From positions 56,110,001 through 56,174,000 of the forward strand of contig CM060732.1 of the NCBI GenBank assembly GCA_030704615.1: DNA of 64,000 nucleotides. The letters are read 5' to 3'. Each line of letters begins with the position of its first letter. Position 1 is the stretch's first letter. The position numbers and the translations under genes were made by a program. Origin of the DNA: Takakia lepidozioides. Its lineage: Eukaryota > Plantae > Bryophyta. Shown one piece after another: positions 51,247 through 64,000 of this stretch. Below the pieces are notes generated by a model. That model was not told the origin of the DNA. It saw nothing but the letters and a program-made list of their open reading frames with translations, and did not search any database.

Positions 51247-53236
51247 TGTTGTGCACCTAAGCATTGTGCCACAACATACATCGCTGTCCATCACACATCC
51301 TAAACATACAATCCTAGAAAGCTATGTCATAATAGTGATAATAAAAGTGAACACAATGGAAACACTCCACTCATGAATCCACTCAATCACATAAACTAAG
51401 TCAATCCAAGGGCACCTTTGCTAAAGGAATCCACCCTACAAAGCCCTCACCACACTCACTCTCAATACCTAGAGCTATAGAGGTGGGAGAGGCTCATGGA
51501 GGCTCAAGTACAAGAAGATGAGCCCTCCTCAACACTCACAAGGGGAAAACCCATCCCCATGTCCCAAGTGAGGCTTGATACCTCACTTGGCATGTGAGAC
51601 CAAATGAAGTCCAATATAAATATAAATATCTAAAATGTCTTAGTTAATTAGAAGTAGGTAATTCTAGTTAGCCATGACATAAACCATGACAGCTGTCATG
51701 CACCTAAGCATCGTGCCACAACATACATCGTTGTCCATCACACATCCTAAGCATACAATCCTAGAAAGTTATGCCACAATCGCCCCCCTAGCTGTTGATT
51801 AGGTCCCTCTAACACCGGATAGCTTACAAGTATCCACCCTAATAAGAACATTGCTTGGTCTTCAATCGCATAAATCCTAGTATCCGAAGTCGATAGATCA
51901 AGAGGTCGGGTGCAAATGTAGCCCCATTGTTAGTCGTTTTCCTGTAATCCATGGCTTTCACTGGGGTATCCATGGCATTGAACTTCCACTAGCTAGACCT
52001 TGGGTCCTTGTCAACCTCACCATTTTCATGTCCACTATCTTTGTCCAATGCATCGTGGACACAACCATTCTCCGCTAGGAACCTCCTCAAGTGGCGGTGT
52101 CAAGCATCTCATGTGCCACCCCCTTAAGCATTTATCACACACCAGCATGGTGGCTGCACCACCAGCATGCCCACATAACATGCAACGCAATCCTGCAGGT
52201 ACCACTGCAAGGTTGGGATCTATCCCCCCATCCACATGTGGAAGGTGACATAGCGCACAATTACGCACATGGTCCTTCCATACCATGCCATCTCGACCCT
52301 CCAGAATCAACACTCCTGAAGGCAACACCTCTCGTACCCGTAGAATCACATGCCCTGAGGGACATCCAAGGTCGTTGGTGTGGTCTGCTGCAGATATGGC
52401 ATAGTCCCCAGGGCTGAATCTCCAAACACCTGGTTGATATCCGCCTCCACGTATGGTGGCATACCTCAATGTGTCTCAGTGTTGGGCAATAGCAAGGTTC
52501 TCAAAAGCCATAGGCATGACTCTCTTGAACAACTCTGCCCGCTGGTCACATGCTTGTGTCCACACATCCAGATCATTAAGGTCAAGAACTACTGCAGCCT
52601 CCCTGCGAAAAGATGCAGGCAAATTTGGCTCTCAGCCGAAGAGAAGAAAATAAGGTGAGAAGGAGGCAAGTGACGCTTGTTTGCTGAACCTATAGCCCAT
52701 AGCCAACCAAGGTAGCTGAAGGTCCCAATTTCCCAGGTGTCCCTTCTGCGAACCGTATTTGCGCAAACGCCTCTTGACTGTCTGAACAACTCTCTCCGCA
52801 AGCCATCAGCCTCGGGATGATCTCGAGAAGTAGTGCAGTGGTCTATCAAGGCTTGCTCACACAAAGCCTGAAACTCCCCCAGAACTCTTTCCCCCGGTCC
52901 GTGAGTACCTCGGTTGGAGCACCAAATTGACTAAGCATTCGATCTAAGAATGCATACGCAGCCCCCTCACTTGCCTTGTCAGGCAATGCCACCAGTTCAA
53001 TCCACTTGGTTCCACCATCACCAGCACATACTTGTTATGGCGAATCGTTAGTGGCAATGGGTCTGCGAAGTCAAGACTCCAATGATAGCCCAAACTCATA
53101 ATGGGTAAAGGATGTAATTGTGGAGTAGGTGCATTGAAAGAAGCCTGCACTCTATCACACACCATGCACCTTGCCACTAATTGTTGCACATCCGTGTGCA
53201 TGCCCCGCCACCAGTACTGTCTTTGCAACAAACTAG
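51247..53236 (-). mobile_element. Ty3/Gypsy 3' fragment: integrase with C-terminal PHD finger, PPT and LTR
   Basis: RQYWWRGM..CMVC..WSLDF integrase core. C-terminal C4-H-C3 PHD (CMLC..CDKC..HMRC..WLCPRC, stop at 52035). PPT AGGGGGGCG ~51781-51790. LTR 51247-51691. Confidence 0.88.
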
Positions 53237-53239
53237 GAG

Positions 53240-54900
53240 TGCATTTGTTGAGAGCAAGGACAAACTTTAGGTCCTAAAATTAGACTCCCTTTGGAAACAT
53301 GTTGGTAGGCACAAAACATTGGTGGCCATCAAGGATAAGAAGAATGGAGAGTACTATTTTATGAAGAAAAAACCCTCCATACTCAAAGAGAGAAGGTCTA
53401 TGCAGCTGCAGGCAATGATTCCATTGCCCAGCAAGTACAAGCTCACACCACTGTTGATAGAAAGAAGAAACTTGTTCAATTTGCTACTGTCTTTACTTTA
53501 TTACAACATGACAGACCTATGTGTGAGTATGAGCATATGCAAGACTTGTTCGGGTTTTTGAAGGTCAGTAATAACCCAGTCAAGCATTGGTCTGACAACA
53601 GTGGGTGGGAGATGGCAAACCACATGGACAAAGTGGTTCTCACTGCCACCAAGAAAGCAATGTTGGCTGCCAAATTTGTGTCATTGTCTGTTGATGAGGT
53701 GACAACCATAGACAACCAGTCATGGTTGAGTGTTCATGGTTATATTGTGAAGGATTGGAAGAGGGTCCATATCCTGCTCACACTTGAACGTGTGGTGGAA
53801 GGTGGATGTGCAGATACACTAACTCAGATGATATGGGAAGCTCTGAAGAATTATGGTGGCCTTGCTGAGGAGCAAGTGGGGGAGCGCCTACTCTCTCTAG
53901 GAGCACATGGTCCCTCTATTTTCTAGGGTATCAGAACTGGGATGACAGCTCAGATTATGAGGGACCATGTCCCATATATGTTGGGCATTCACTGCATGGC
54001 GGATAGAACAAATTTGGTAGTGCAGGCATGCTCTCCTTTGCCGTTGGTCTCCAAGTTGGAAGCATTGTTGTAGGCTTTGTACGCTTACTTTGGTAAGTCT
54101 CCCAAACGTGCTTTGGAATTCTCCAAACTTGCTGAGATCGTGGAAACTGAGGGTCTTCTTGAAAAATATTAAGACCAGGTGTATGAGCCCTTGCAGCGCG
54201 TGGCAGCAGAATACATGACTTTGATTGTGAAAATGGCCATTGATACTAAGAACGAAGTGAAGGCTGTGACAAATTTGGCCTCGTTGTGTGATGTTGAGAC
54301 TTTGTTGGGGTTGCCTTGTATATTGCCTATGTTGCAGTCAGTACAATATTCATCAAAACACAGGCCAGAGATGTGTTTGTATGTGACTATGTGGCTGCGG
54401 TGAAGAGTTGTCAATTTGATTTGTATAAGTTGTACTCATATCCAGTTATTGCATTCAGTCCAGAGGCATTTCCAGAGTTTACAGATGTGTGCACAATAAC
54501 AGTTGCGATTGGGACGTGTGTGATCTGAATTTAGGTTTGGAGACGCTCTCTGACATGATCAATGGTCATTCCTACATGCATAGTGCAGGTTTTGGCTTGA
54601 CCCAAACTGTGGGAAGATATGACTTTAACCAAGTGCTTGAATGTGTCAAGATTCAGGCCACAACTGACACTCTTATTGCAGAGTTGGGTTATCGATCTCC
54701 CGATCATGAGGTGATGAATGCTCTTGGAGTGGTGTTTCCATAATATTGGATCCAATCAGATTGTGAACAGATTTCCACTTCATTTGACAATTCTGAAACA
54801 AGCTTTTTGCGTGCTTAGGTGTGCCAAGAATGATGGATGGAGGACTCAGCCCCTTCTTGGGACTATCTTGGATTTGCAGAGCCATGTTCAAGGTTGTCTC
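53240..54900 (+). pseudogene. Decayed hAT-superfamily transposase
   Basis: KHWSDNSGWEMA, FVSLSVDEVTTIDNQSWLSVH, GIHCMA(D)RTNL (CxxH-like) and YFGKSPKR. Multiple stops and frameshifts. Confidence 0.8.
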
Positions 54901-57046
54901 ATGTCAAGCAAACATTTGCACCCTTCAAATCTACGCAAAGGTGCCACGTCGAACTTTGTCCCCGCGCTATCATCCTGAAAAGGAAATGTGTGCACATTGT
55001 AGAAATCCTGAGAGTGCGAATCGTAGTGCTCAAATGACCTGCAAGCCTATTTCTGAGTTTGTCCTTTACGAATGTCAAGTTACTGAACGTCCTCTCATCC
55101 TTTTGTGCTCCCCAACACCATAACGCAAGCTATTTCAGCCAGTTTGAAATATTCAGATATGCGTGACTGAAGCAATGCATTGGTAGAAAGCCGCTGCCAA
55201 AGAGTTATGAGTGGGTTAGCCTCACATGACTGCCCCATCACCTTGGAAGCTTGGTTTCTCATAGTCAATTTGAACTATTGCATTTGGCTTGAGGTTCTAA
55301 CAATTACATCTGACTATATGTAATTGTAATTGCATTTCCATTTCTTTGCAATATATGGCAAGCCATTATTCCTTGATCTTAGCAATTATGGTGCAAGTTT
55401 AATTGTGGGCTGCAGGAGCGGCATTGGGCAGGGTCCTTTGGGGCTGAGGTTCAACTCCTCCGTAAATGTCAATGTCAAAATCTGATCTACATTTGTGATA
55501 TATATGTGTGCTTGGGGGCTAGTCTATATAAGCCTTGGGGGGAGTGCCAAATAACACTATTTGTTATATGTCATTAGCCAGAACTATAGACCTCATTTGT
55601 ACCAATTAGCCTCTAGTTTTCATATAGAAAGTTCCATTCGCCTATTATGGCTTTCAACTATTTCTCTACTTCGCCTTCTATTGCTCATCAACATCCATTT
55701 TGATTGGCAGAATATGATAAGAGTGGAAACACATGTAGCATACCAATTCAAGGAAAATTACCTAGAGTGGCCCACTTGCACTACCCTACACCCAATAATA
55801 TAGCCACTCGTACCCCTTCTCAAAATCCTTAAAAAGGAACGCTGATTAGGTCCGAACATCGATGTCTTGTTTCCGTTTACTGCACCCCTTATCTCTAGGT
55901 CTGAACGTACCTTAGTATAACTAACAACCGCTAATTTATTGCAAATGACCTTCAAGCTGAGAGGTCGTGGATGGATGTTTGTTTCCATTCATTCAAGATT
56001 TCCCATACCCATAACAGAAAGCGGGTGACTAGTATTAACTGCGAAAATGTGAGCAAGTTGGGTACTTGCAATTATCCCATATCGATTGCGCAGGGCCAGA
56101 ATCGGCAAAAAGATATAAAGGCCGACGTCTGCAGATAAGTACGCGCGGGGCGCCGCCACTGCGGGTCAGGGGCCGCCGTACGCCGCCGCGTGAGGCGCGG
56201 CGCTGGGGTCCGCCGTTCCCGCCACGGGCGTCCCTCCAACCCCTGTCTTAAAGCGCACTGACGCCTCCATTAAGGACCCCAATTAAGAGGGCCGTCCCTT
56301 CACCCCTGGTCGTGCTCCCGCGGGTCCCACATCATCAGAGAGTGGGCACATGGATGAACGAAGGATTTCATCCATGTTTGGCCGGGATTCGGGAAAGAAA
56401 CCCGGCCGGCAGAGCGACCAAGAACCGTACGGGCAAGGTAACGGAACGGCCGATGTTTCCCCCGGGGCGACAATAACGGCGCCCTCGACGGGGGCGCAGA
56501 CCGTTACTGTCATCATTCTCGTTGCGCCCTACCCCCTACCACCCATCCGGATTCTTTCTCATGGTCTAACTCTCATCCATCACTACCTCTCCTGTAGGGG
56601 ATGAACGAGATGGACGAGGCTGGATGGAGATTAAAAATATTAATGGGTTGAATAAAAATAGCATAAATAGACGGAGAAAAACCCTCTTAAAGGTAGTATG
56701 AAAAAGAGATGGTATGTAGTTTCCAACAATAAACATCAAATTGGTTAATTGGAGGCACCCTAGGTCTTTTAGATAAGGGAAATCGAAGGCTCAGTTATCC
56801 TTTGACAATTTCTCTAAGATTTGATTCTGACCTGTAGGGTCCATATGTCACCTACAGTTGGTCACGAAGCAGTGCCTTCCCAAATCAGCCTCTATGGCAC
56901 TCTTTCAGATGTTATTTTTTTCCTCTATGTAATCTTGGGACTTTTTCCACTTTTTTATAGAGTTTAAAGGGTGTCCAGTGTCCACTCCCTTAAGTTCTTT
57001 TGAACAAAAAACTCAAATTTAGATTATGGACAAATTCTTGCTATAT

Positions 57047-57215
57047 TCAGTTGGTAACTCAGCGAGAACCGAACGCCACCCAGGTAATTCTGGGTTCACA
57101 TCCTGCCATCTTGTTGGGTGTGGTATAATCTTCCATTGGTGTCCCATGAGCCTTGTGCTGGGCGAGGTTACTTTGAAAGAGGTTATTTTCTCCTCTCGCT
57201 GTAACTAAGGGGCAC
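57047..57215 (+). mobile_element. tRNA-derived SINE-like copy
   Basis: GGTAACTCAG..GCCACCCAG..CTGGGTTCACATCCTGCCATCTTGTTGGGTGTGG..GGTTATTTTCTCCTC. Related pieces lie at 57811-57846 (+) and 58938-59030 (-). Confidence 0.5.
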
Positions 57216-57333
57216 CCCAAAACATTAGGAAATAACTAAAATAAAAATAGAAATGTGTAATGAATCTTGTTTCATTTTAAATAAAGGGAAACAACTTGGG
57301 CGACAGCTCACAAATCAGGCCCCTTTATAGTGA

Positions 57334-58937
57334 GAGGCTTGGTAGCACGTGAGCATCAGGCATGCTCATGAGCACAATGGCATATGCTCACGCTCACCTA
57401 ATCACAAGGGCATATTTTCGAACCTTCGTGAAATTTCCACATGGAAAAAAAACCGAATGTAAGTAAAGCCCCTTAACCCGAAACCAAACTCTGTTTTTTA
57501 GTAGTATCACCAGTATTTCTCAATGCAAAACCCACCGCTGCTTAGTTTGTGCCTATATCACCAAGTATTTCTTGATGCAAAACCCACTGCTATTTAATTT
57601 GTGCTCATATCACCAAGTATTTCTCGATGCGAAATTTGCTTTTAGTTTGCATAGAAAAGTACATGGAAAGTACATACTACAAATAAAATTCAATTGTTCT
57701 TGATGGATCTCAAGAGTTCCAAACCATTCTCTCATGTTTGATTTTCATGAGTCGTATGGCATAATGAATGGGTCAGGCAACCGACGTCAAAAACATTCAT
57801 ACCAACAGTCGGTAGCTCAGTTGGATAGTGCACTCAGTGCCACCCATCTCCCAAGCAGCGGGCCAGTCCTAGTGCTTGGCACCGTAGGAAAGCCCTCGAT
57901 GAGGGGGTGCACTGACTTGGTCTCAGAATTTTTGGACCTATGGCGTGGGAGATATGGAATTTCAAGTACTTTTGGTCACCCAAAACTCATGAAAAATGGC
58001 AAACTGGGCTTTCTTGGAGCAATGACGTGGAGATCTCCCAAACTGCAGGGTCTCTGGATACGAGGGGATGGCACTTGGACTTAGATGACACCGGACACTT
58101 GGGCCAATAGCACAGGCTACCCTAGTATTGATATTAATTATAGAATAATATTTTTCACACAGAAACAAATGTTGTCGTCTGTTTGCCTACAATTGCTTAA
58201 TCTTTGGCCATTGCCGGCTGGAAGTAGATGCGGAGATTAACTCGAGTCATAAAATGCCCACCCTCAACTTTGAGCCACTTCAATGCAAGCGAGGCTCTAC
58301 CTTGTTATACTTAGGTGCTCCGGTAGCTTTGGTCGAGGTCCCCTTATCTTTGGCTAGTCCTGTTTGCAGTCCTTGAAGTGCTAGTTACTTACCGTGGCCG
58401 TGGGTTTGCACAACCTCTTGTATGTACACCCTACGGCTCTTGTGGGTTTTTCTCTTCAAGAGGAAACCGGCTCACAATTCGGGCCCTTACAAGAGGAGAG
58501 GAAGAAATTCACTGCCATTTATATAAGCCATGAAGCATGCACAAGACACCTTCCCCAGACCGACCACAAGAAATCGTGCCACACGTGACAATTGAGAGGT
58601 TTTTTTTCCTCCCTTTAATTCAATTAACAAATGCTATGATCTTCTTCTTGCTGAAAATCATTAATGATGGAGAATATTCCCAAGTATTTCTCAATGCGAA
58701 TTTCATCGCCCGCCGCTATAGGTTTAGGGTTTTTGGCTACACTACTGATGGTTCCGCCCTCACGCAGATGTACCGTACAAATGCACTTGTCCTCTATACC
58801 CGCTTATGATTTTATTCCGTTTTGAAAACATATAACTCCTATGACCGAGGTTTAAAAACATATAACTCCCATGACCGCGGTTTGTGCTCACGCAAGTGTG
58901 AGCATGCTCACCCTATGCTCACAAAATACTAAACCCC
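57334..58937. mobile_element. TIR element (possibly hAT) with GTGAGCA/TGCTCAC subterminal repeats and an internal insertion
   Basis: Ends GAGGCTTGGTA..GTGAGCAT and ATGCTCAC..TACTAAACCCC. Imperfect flanking duplication TATAGTGA/CATAGTGT. Internal CCAAGTATTTCTC.ATGC repeats. Confidence 0.5.
57846..58125 (+). mobile_element. Helitron-like element lacking its 5' end
   Basis: Family body ending GGCTACCCTAG|T. A matching 5' portion lies reversed at 59031-59096. Confidence 0.7.
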
Positions 58938-60691
58938 CATAGTGTGAGGAGAAAATAACCCCTTTTATAGCCAAGGGAAGCAGGGAGAAGAACATACCAC
59001 ACCCATCAAGATAGCAGGATTTGACCCCAGATCAACGATGCTACAAAACAAAACAAAACAAAACAAACAAACAAACCGCCTGGCTTCATATATTGATTCT
59101 ATAGTTTACGTGTTCCGATTTTTCGGAACCTGGATTGTGTCCAGTATTTGAAACCAAGTTTCATTCAATTTGGATGAAATCTCGCTGCCTGTCAAGTTGA
59201 GGGTTAAAAACTCATGAAAATATTAAAGAGTAAAATCTTTTTGGTGGGGGGGGCTAACTCAATCCATTTATCCCGTGCGTCATATGCCTCCAAACACACC
59301 TTTGGCCTTTTCTTAGCTGCCTCATGACCCTCACTACGATGTTGATTTCGGGCTCATCTAAGACAACAACAAAGCATCGAACCGAAATCAGGCTAAATGA
59401 GCGCATCTTTTTCTGTTCCCTTTTGGAAGTGAACTCTCAGAAAACCTGTCATAGCTCATTACAGCTGACAACTGGAGGCACACAGAACAGGTCCATCAAA
59501 CCCAACAACAGTTAGGCAGTTATGTGCTGTTGAAAAACAGCATTGGGACTTCAGAGAATAACAACAAGTGTGAAGATACGGAATATGTGGAGTTTCTGAG
59601 TTGGATGGGTAATGATTGAAACATTTGATGTTGATGACTTCCATTCCAAGGGCCAGAGCATGTTGGAGAAAGTCATGGATGTCCGTGCTGATCGTCTTGG
59701 AGGTAGCAGAACTTGCAGTAACTGCGGTTGATATCTTTCCAGATCTGTTTGTTTCTGGGAAGATACTGCAGGATCACGATCTCCATTCATAATTCCATTC
59801 AAATGGTCAGCATCTGCATCCAAAGCACATCGAAACCCCAAGAGAGTGGCCAATCAACCCTGCTGACACATTTCGAGTACTTACATTCTAATCTTTTGGC
59901 AATCGGACCGCAAGGACAGTCAAGAGACAGTCTCAGCATGGGCTCAGCGAGGTACCACGTCCCCTCGTTGGCATCACACTCTGCGAGACAGAAAGCGAAG
60001 AGAGAGTTGGCAGTATTGACCATCTTCAGTCATCCTCACAGGACCAACCACCCCGTCTTCTCATTGAAAGTCACATTACACAGCTCTTAGAAGGGTCCAG
60101 AGATGCTGATTCTCATAGCAATCCACCAGGACCAGTGTCTGTCTTGCCAACTCTTCCACACCATCAACATTTGAGAAACACTTCAGAAGTGAGGGAAAAG
60201 CATGGGCATAAACACAGACCGACTCTGCTGTTGGGAAACTGAGTAAACAGCTGTTTCACATATGGTCTAGTTGTCTAGTGTGAGCAACCAAGCCCAAACT
60301 CCTGACATAAGGAACAATGTAGTTTGACAAATTCTGTCTTAAGTACATTAGTTGAAATTGATGTTGTAAACCCCCGACCTTGTGGTGGAGTTCAATAAGC
60401 ACAGTAACCCATCCTAATCAATTTAAAGAAAATGCTAATTTCCAATGTATATTGAACCATGACCAGTAGGCCCAATTTGGGTCCTGTAAGAGGCTCCATG
60501 ATCCCTTCAACCAAAAGATGTAAACTTACAGTACATCGCTTGACAGTGAGATGCATCTATTGATTCTTTTGAGAAACCCCTTCAAGGAGCAGTAGACTTC
60601 ATTGAGCTCCTTGGTTGCTAGAGTTGTTCTGCTAGACTAGCTTAGGGGGGAGAGAAGTATCTTCATCTGCCGCCGCATCTCCAGCCTTGGG

Positions 60692-63613
60692 TCAAATAGG
60701 CAGCAAATCCTCTGATTCATCTATTGGCCTGTTTGCTGACCCATTCTTATGGCAAGCATGTCCATTGGTGAGGCTATGGATGACAGATATCTTCTCGGAA
60801 CATGCCCCGTCTTCCTTCTCCTCAAAATGATCAAAAAACGCAGCCCAGGTACAGGGCCACTCATCATTCCATTGACCCCGAATTGCAGTTGCCCGCCACT
60901 CCTGGTCAGCAATCATCTCAGGAGAGAGACCCCACTGCTCAAGCTCCTCACGGCTATGATGGACTGCCAGGCTATACTCCCCACCCGCCCCAAGCTGCAT
61001 CACACGAATCTCACAGTTTTGAGGATTGTTGAGAAGCTCAAACTGCTTAGTTGTCCATTTGAACCAGCGCATCAGAAAGACCCGCATGGTCACCCCATGG
61101 GAAACAATCACCAGGTTAAGGTCAGTTGACTTGCCAATGTCCCTGTTTAACCGGTTCATGTCGATATCCCGCCATAGACTCTCTAGAAAACCTGCCACAG
61201 TATGGGAATATAGATGTGGGCCTTTAGAAAGTGCCTGCTCAGATCATTAAAGATGTCTTTGGTCCTGTAAACTGCACCTCCATTTGAAGTTCAGTGGCAC
61301 ACCGTACAGCTAGAAGCAGAAACTCAGGTACACAAGATGAAAAACCCTTTCCCGACCAATTGTAAACATGGAACACAATTCTTGTCACACGATCATGGCT
61401 CTGATAGGATGGCATAATGTATGCTGGAACAGTGGCAGCCTTACAAGGGAGGCATGAACCTCGGCTTGGCTGCTACAGTTTAGGTGGAGAATGGCTGTTC
61501 AATGCATGCTATTTCTCTATGCTTCCTATAACCTTGACGTTTTTCTTGTCCGCAGTGAGCAGGAAATGCTCATAAGATGTTTGCCATAGCCTTGTGGCCA
61601 TAGACCCCGCACCCAGTTTGGGTGGAACAATGGGGAACAGATGCTTCCTTACTCAGGGGCACACTCCAGTAGTGGGACAAACAGTTAGGGCTTTGCAGAT
61701 TTCCTCTAGAAAGCCCTTGACACAACAATTTGCTGTGTGTGAGCTGCCCAGCAATTAGACCCCAACAGAGCCAGGACTTCAGGATCAGCCTTGAGATTTT
61801 GAAAGCTGGCATACAGAGGTGCAGGGACTCTCTTCTTGATGGTCCTAAAGAGGGTTGCTCTCTGAACACCCCGGACATTCTATCAGAAAATAAATATTGT
61901 CTTCAGGCCGCCCGCACATTGGGCATTGACAATCTCCCTTTCCTCTCTACATCTGTTTATTTTTCAAAGGTAGACTCCCCACCCCGAGTTTAAATTTCAG
62001 TCTCATGCCAAGGGTAAGTATGCCCTTCAGACCTTAAGGTCCTCACCACGTCAGAAACTGGAAACAAGTTCACGGAGGTTTTATGCCTAACTTCGTTTCT
62101 GAGTGATGAGTCGTCCCGTTTTCCATTTTCGAGTTCTGTTCTAGGCAAAAGTTCTGAACAAAATAACAGGATCAAGCAATTATTGAATGTTGCTACAAAG
62201 AACTTAGCCACATACAAGAGGAGAGAGAGAGAGAATGTACTCATAAGACGTTGGCCGTAGCCTTGTGGCCATTGACCCTGCGCCCAGTTTGAACGGAACA
62301 CAAAGGGACAGAAACTACCTTTGTCAGGGGCTGACGCTGGTAGAATGACTTACCTTGGAACAGACTTGATCCGAGGTTTCACTAGAAACCCCTTCACACA
62401 AGCATCAATCTGCTGTGTGTGATTTGCCCAATGACTAGGCCCCAAAAGGGCCTGGGCTTTGGCTCAGCCTGAAGAGAGAGAATGTACTCATAAGACGTTG
62501 TTTGCCGTAGCCTTGTGGCCATTGACCCCACGTCCAGTTTGAACAGGACATAAAGGGACAGAACCTACCTCAGTCAGGGGCTGAGAGGTAGTAAGACTTA
62601 CCTTCATAAAGGACATTGATTGGCTCAGCCTGGAGAGAGAGAGAGAGAGAGAGATCCTCAAGCCTCTCAGTTTCAGGTTTCCTAATTCTGCCTATATTGA
62701 CCAGATCATGTAGAAGGTGTACATATACTCCAGTATAGTGCGCACAAGGTATCATGGATTATTTCACCATCAATTGTCATGATCGTTCACTAGGAACCTT
62801 CATGGACGTACCATTCTCCTTGCCTTACCAGCAGACATGTACGGGCAGCTCAGAAAGCAATTTCTCAACACCACGACAGGACTAAGTAATCCAAGAGTGG
62901 AGTTAGCCATATTCAAGAGAGCCAGAGGAGTCGGGCAACTCTTGAGTGCTGTTACAAAGAACTTAGCCACAGTCAAGGAAAGAGAGAGAGAGAGAGAGAG
63001 AGAGCAAGCTGCACCATAATTGAGTTTACTTGGCACTTCAAAAATCGGGAATGCTCCAAGAAAACTCCGGCAATCAACTTCACACAAGAATAGCACCAGC
63101 ACACTTACAGTGGGATACAATTAAGAACATGATTTCGGGTCTGGCAGGAAGGAGAGAACACATACTCGTGACCCGATCGAACACATCTGCTGCTGATTCA
63201 CCCTCAGGAAAGCGGTAGAAAAACCGACCAAATCGGCTCCTAATATCTTTCACAATCTTCATGGTCTCCGTCTCCTGGAAATTCCCGAAGTCCTGCTCCC
63301 GAATGCGCGGCTCCTCTCGCACCCCAAGAATCCGCGGCTTCTCAAATGCTCGTCCTATTCCCTTCAATGTGCATAAGGTCCGCCTGTAGGGCGACACGTA
63401 GAAATAGACACGCCAATCATCCTTCGCAGTTTTCTCAATCATGCTTCGAATGTCTTGTCCACAGACCTGTGCCTGCCTCAATCCCTCCTCTGTGAGACAG
63501 ATCTTCGAATCAGCAATGCGGCAGTACTTGCTTGAATCCACGTTGCCCTCGCTCTCCCCATGCCGGATGAGGATTATGCGTGTGGGCCTCTTTGCTTTCC
63601 CGTCGTCTGCCAT
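60692..63613 (-). CDS. Phosphoglycerate mutase-like protein (histidine phosphatase superfamily, AT74/At3g05170-like), 315 aa
   Basis: Exons 63613-63166 and 61191-60692 (phase-1 GT-AG intron, 948 nt total). Motifs: RIILIRHGESEGN, YVSPYRRT, REEPRIREQDFGNFQ, FFYRFPEGESAADVFDRV, VIVSHG. Confidence 0.94.
61569..62600. repeat. Three diverged direct repeats in the PGM-like intron
   Basis: CTCATAAGA(C/T)GTT..GCC(A/G)TAGCCTTGTGGCCAT.GACCC starts copies at ~61569, ~62240 and ~62487. GA microsatellites lie nearby. Confidence 0.75.
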
Positions 63614-64000
63614 TCACAACTACCACTAGTCGAGAGACCTACTTTCTTTTCCAACTGCCTCCGCTTCACTGCCTTCCAGACGATGTGCTTGATGTATATG
63701 TAGAAAAACTCTGATTGTCTGATTCACTTGTTGCAAATGTGGATATGATTGGAGCCCCAGCGAAAGCAATCCTATCCCCTGACTTTGTCTCGCATCTACT
63801 GAACGACTGTCACGTCCCTTCTATTCCAGACTGCTGCTACCTAATCGACTTCTAACCTCCCTACTCCTCAGAAGAATTAGAGCCATGTTACTAATCCACT
63901 TTGAGGGCGGATCTCTCTCCCTCCGAGGTCAACCATAACCTAATCTCCCATACAGCTTTCTGGAGGCCTGTGCCGCTCCCTCGTTCTGGTCACAGCTCTG

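Noticed and set aside
59551-60090. Short ORFs downstream of the PGM-like stop codon
   Set aside because: No homology cues; probably 3' UTR or intergenic sequence.

Overview
Eukaryotic, intron-rich, TE-rich plant DNA, most likely a bryophyte (inferred from the Tcn1-like chromovirus, the repeat types and the gene set; not proven). Four complete spliced genes can be assembled with GT-AG introns in consistent phase: CSN1/FUS6 (+, 6 exons), a metallo-beta-lactamase-fold NAPE-PLD-like gene (+, 13 exons), an uncharacterised plant protein with GTGVFLP and LPxEWTY motifs (-, 5 exons) and an AT74-like histidine phosphatase/phosphoglycerate mutase (-, 2 exons). A possible fifth gene runs off the left edge. 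The rest is nested mobile DNA: tandem non-autonomous Helitrons, a Copia relic hosting a CACTA element and a full-length chromovirus, solo LTRs, a Ty3/Gypsy relic whose integrase ends in a PHD finger, hAT relics and MITEs, a piggyBac-like MITE, tRNA-derived SINE-like fragments and long hairpins. Best leads: the Tf1-type self-priming site and a decayed extra 3' ORF in the chromovirus, the PHD-finger integrase, the NAPE-PLD-type gene in a plant, and the TTAA/CCCT piggyBac-like element. All coordinates were counted by hand, and family assignments come from motif recognition, not database searches.
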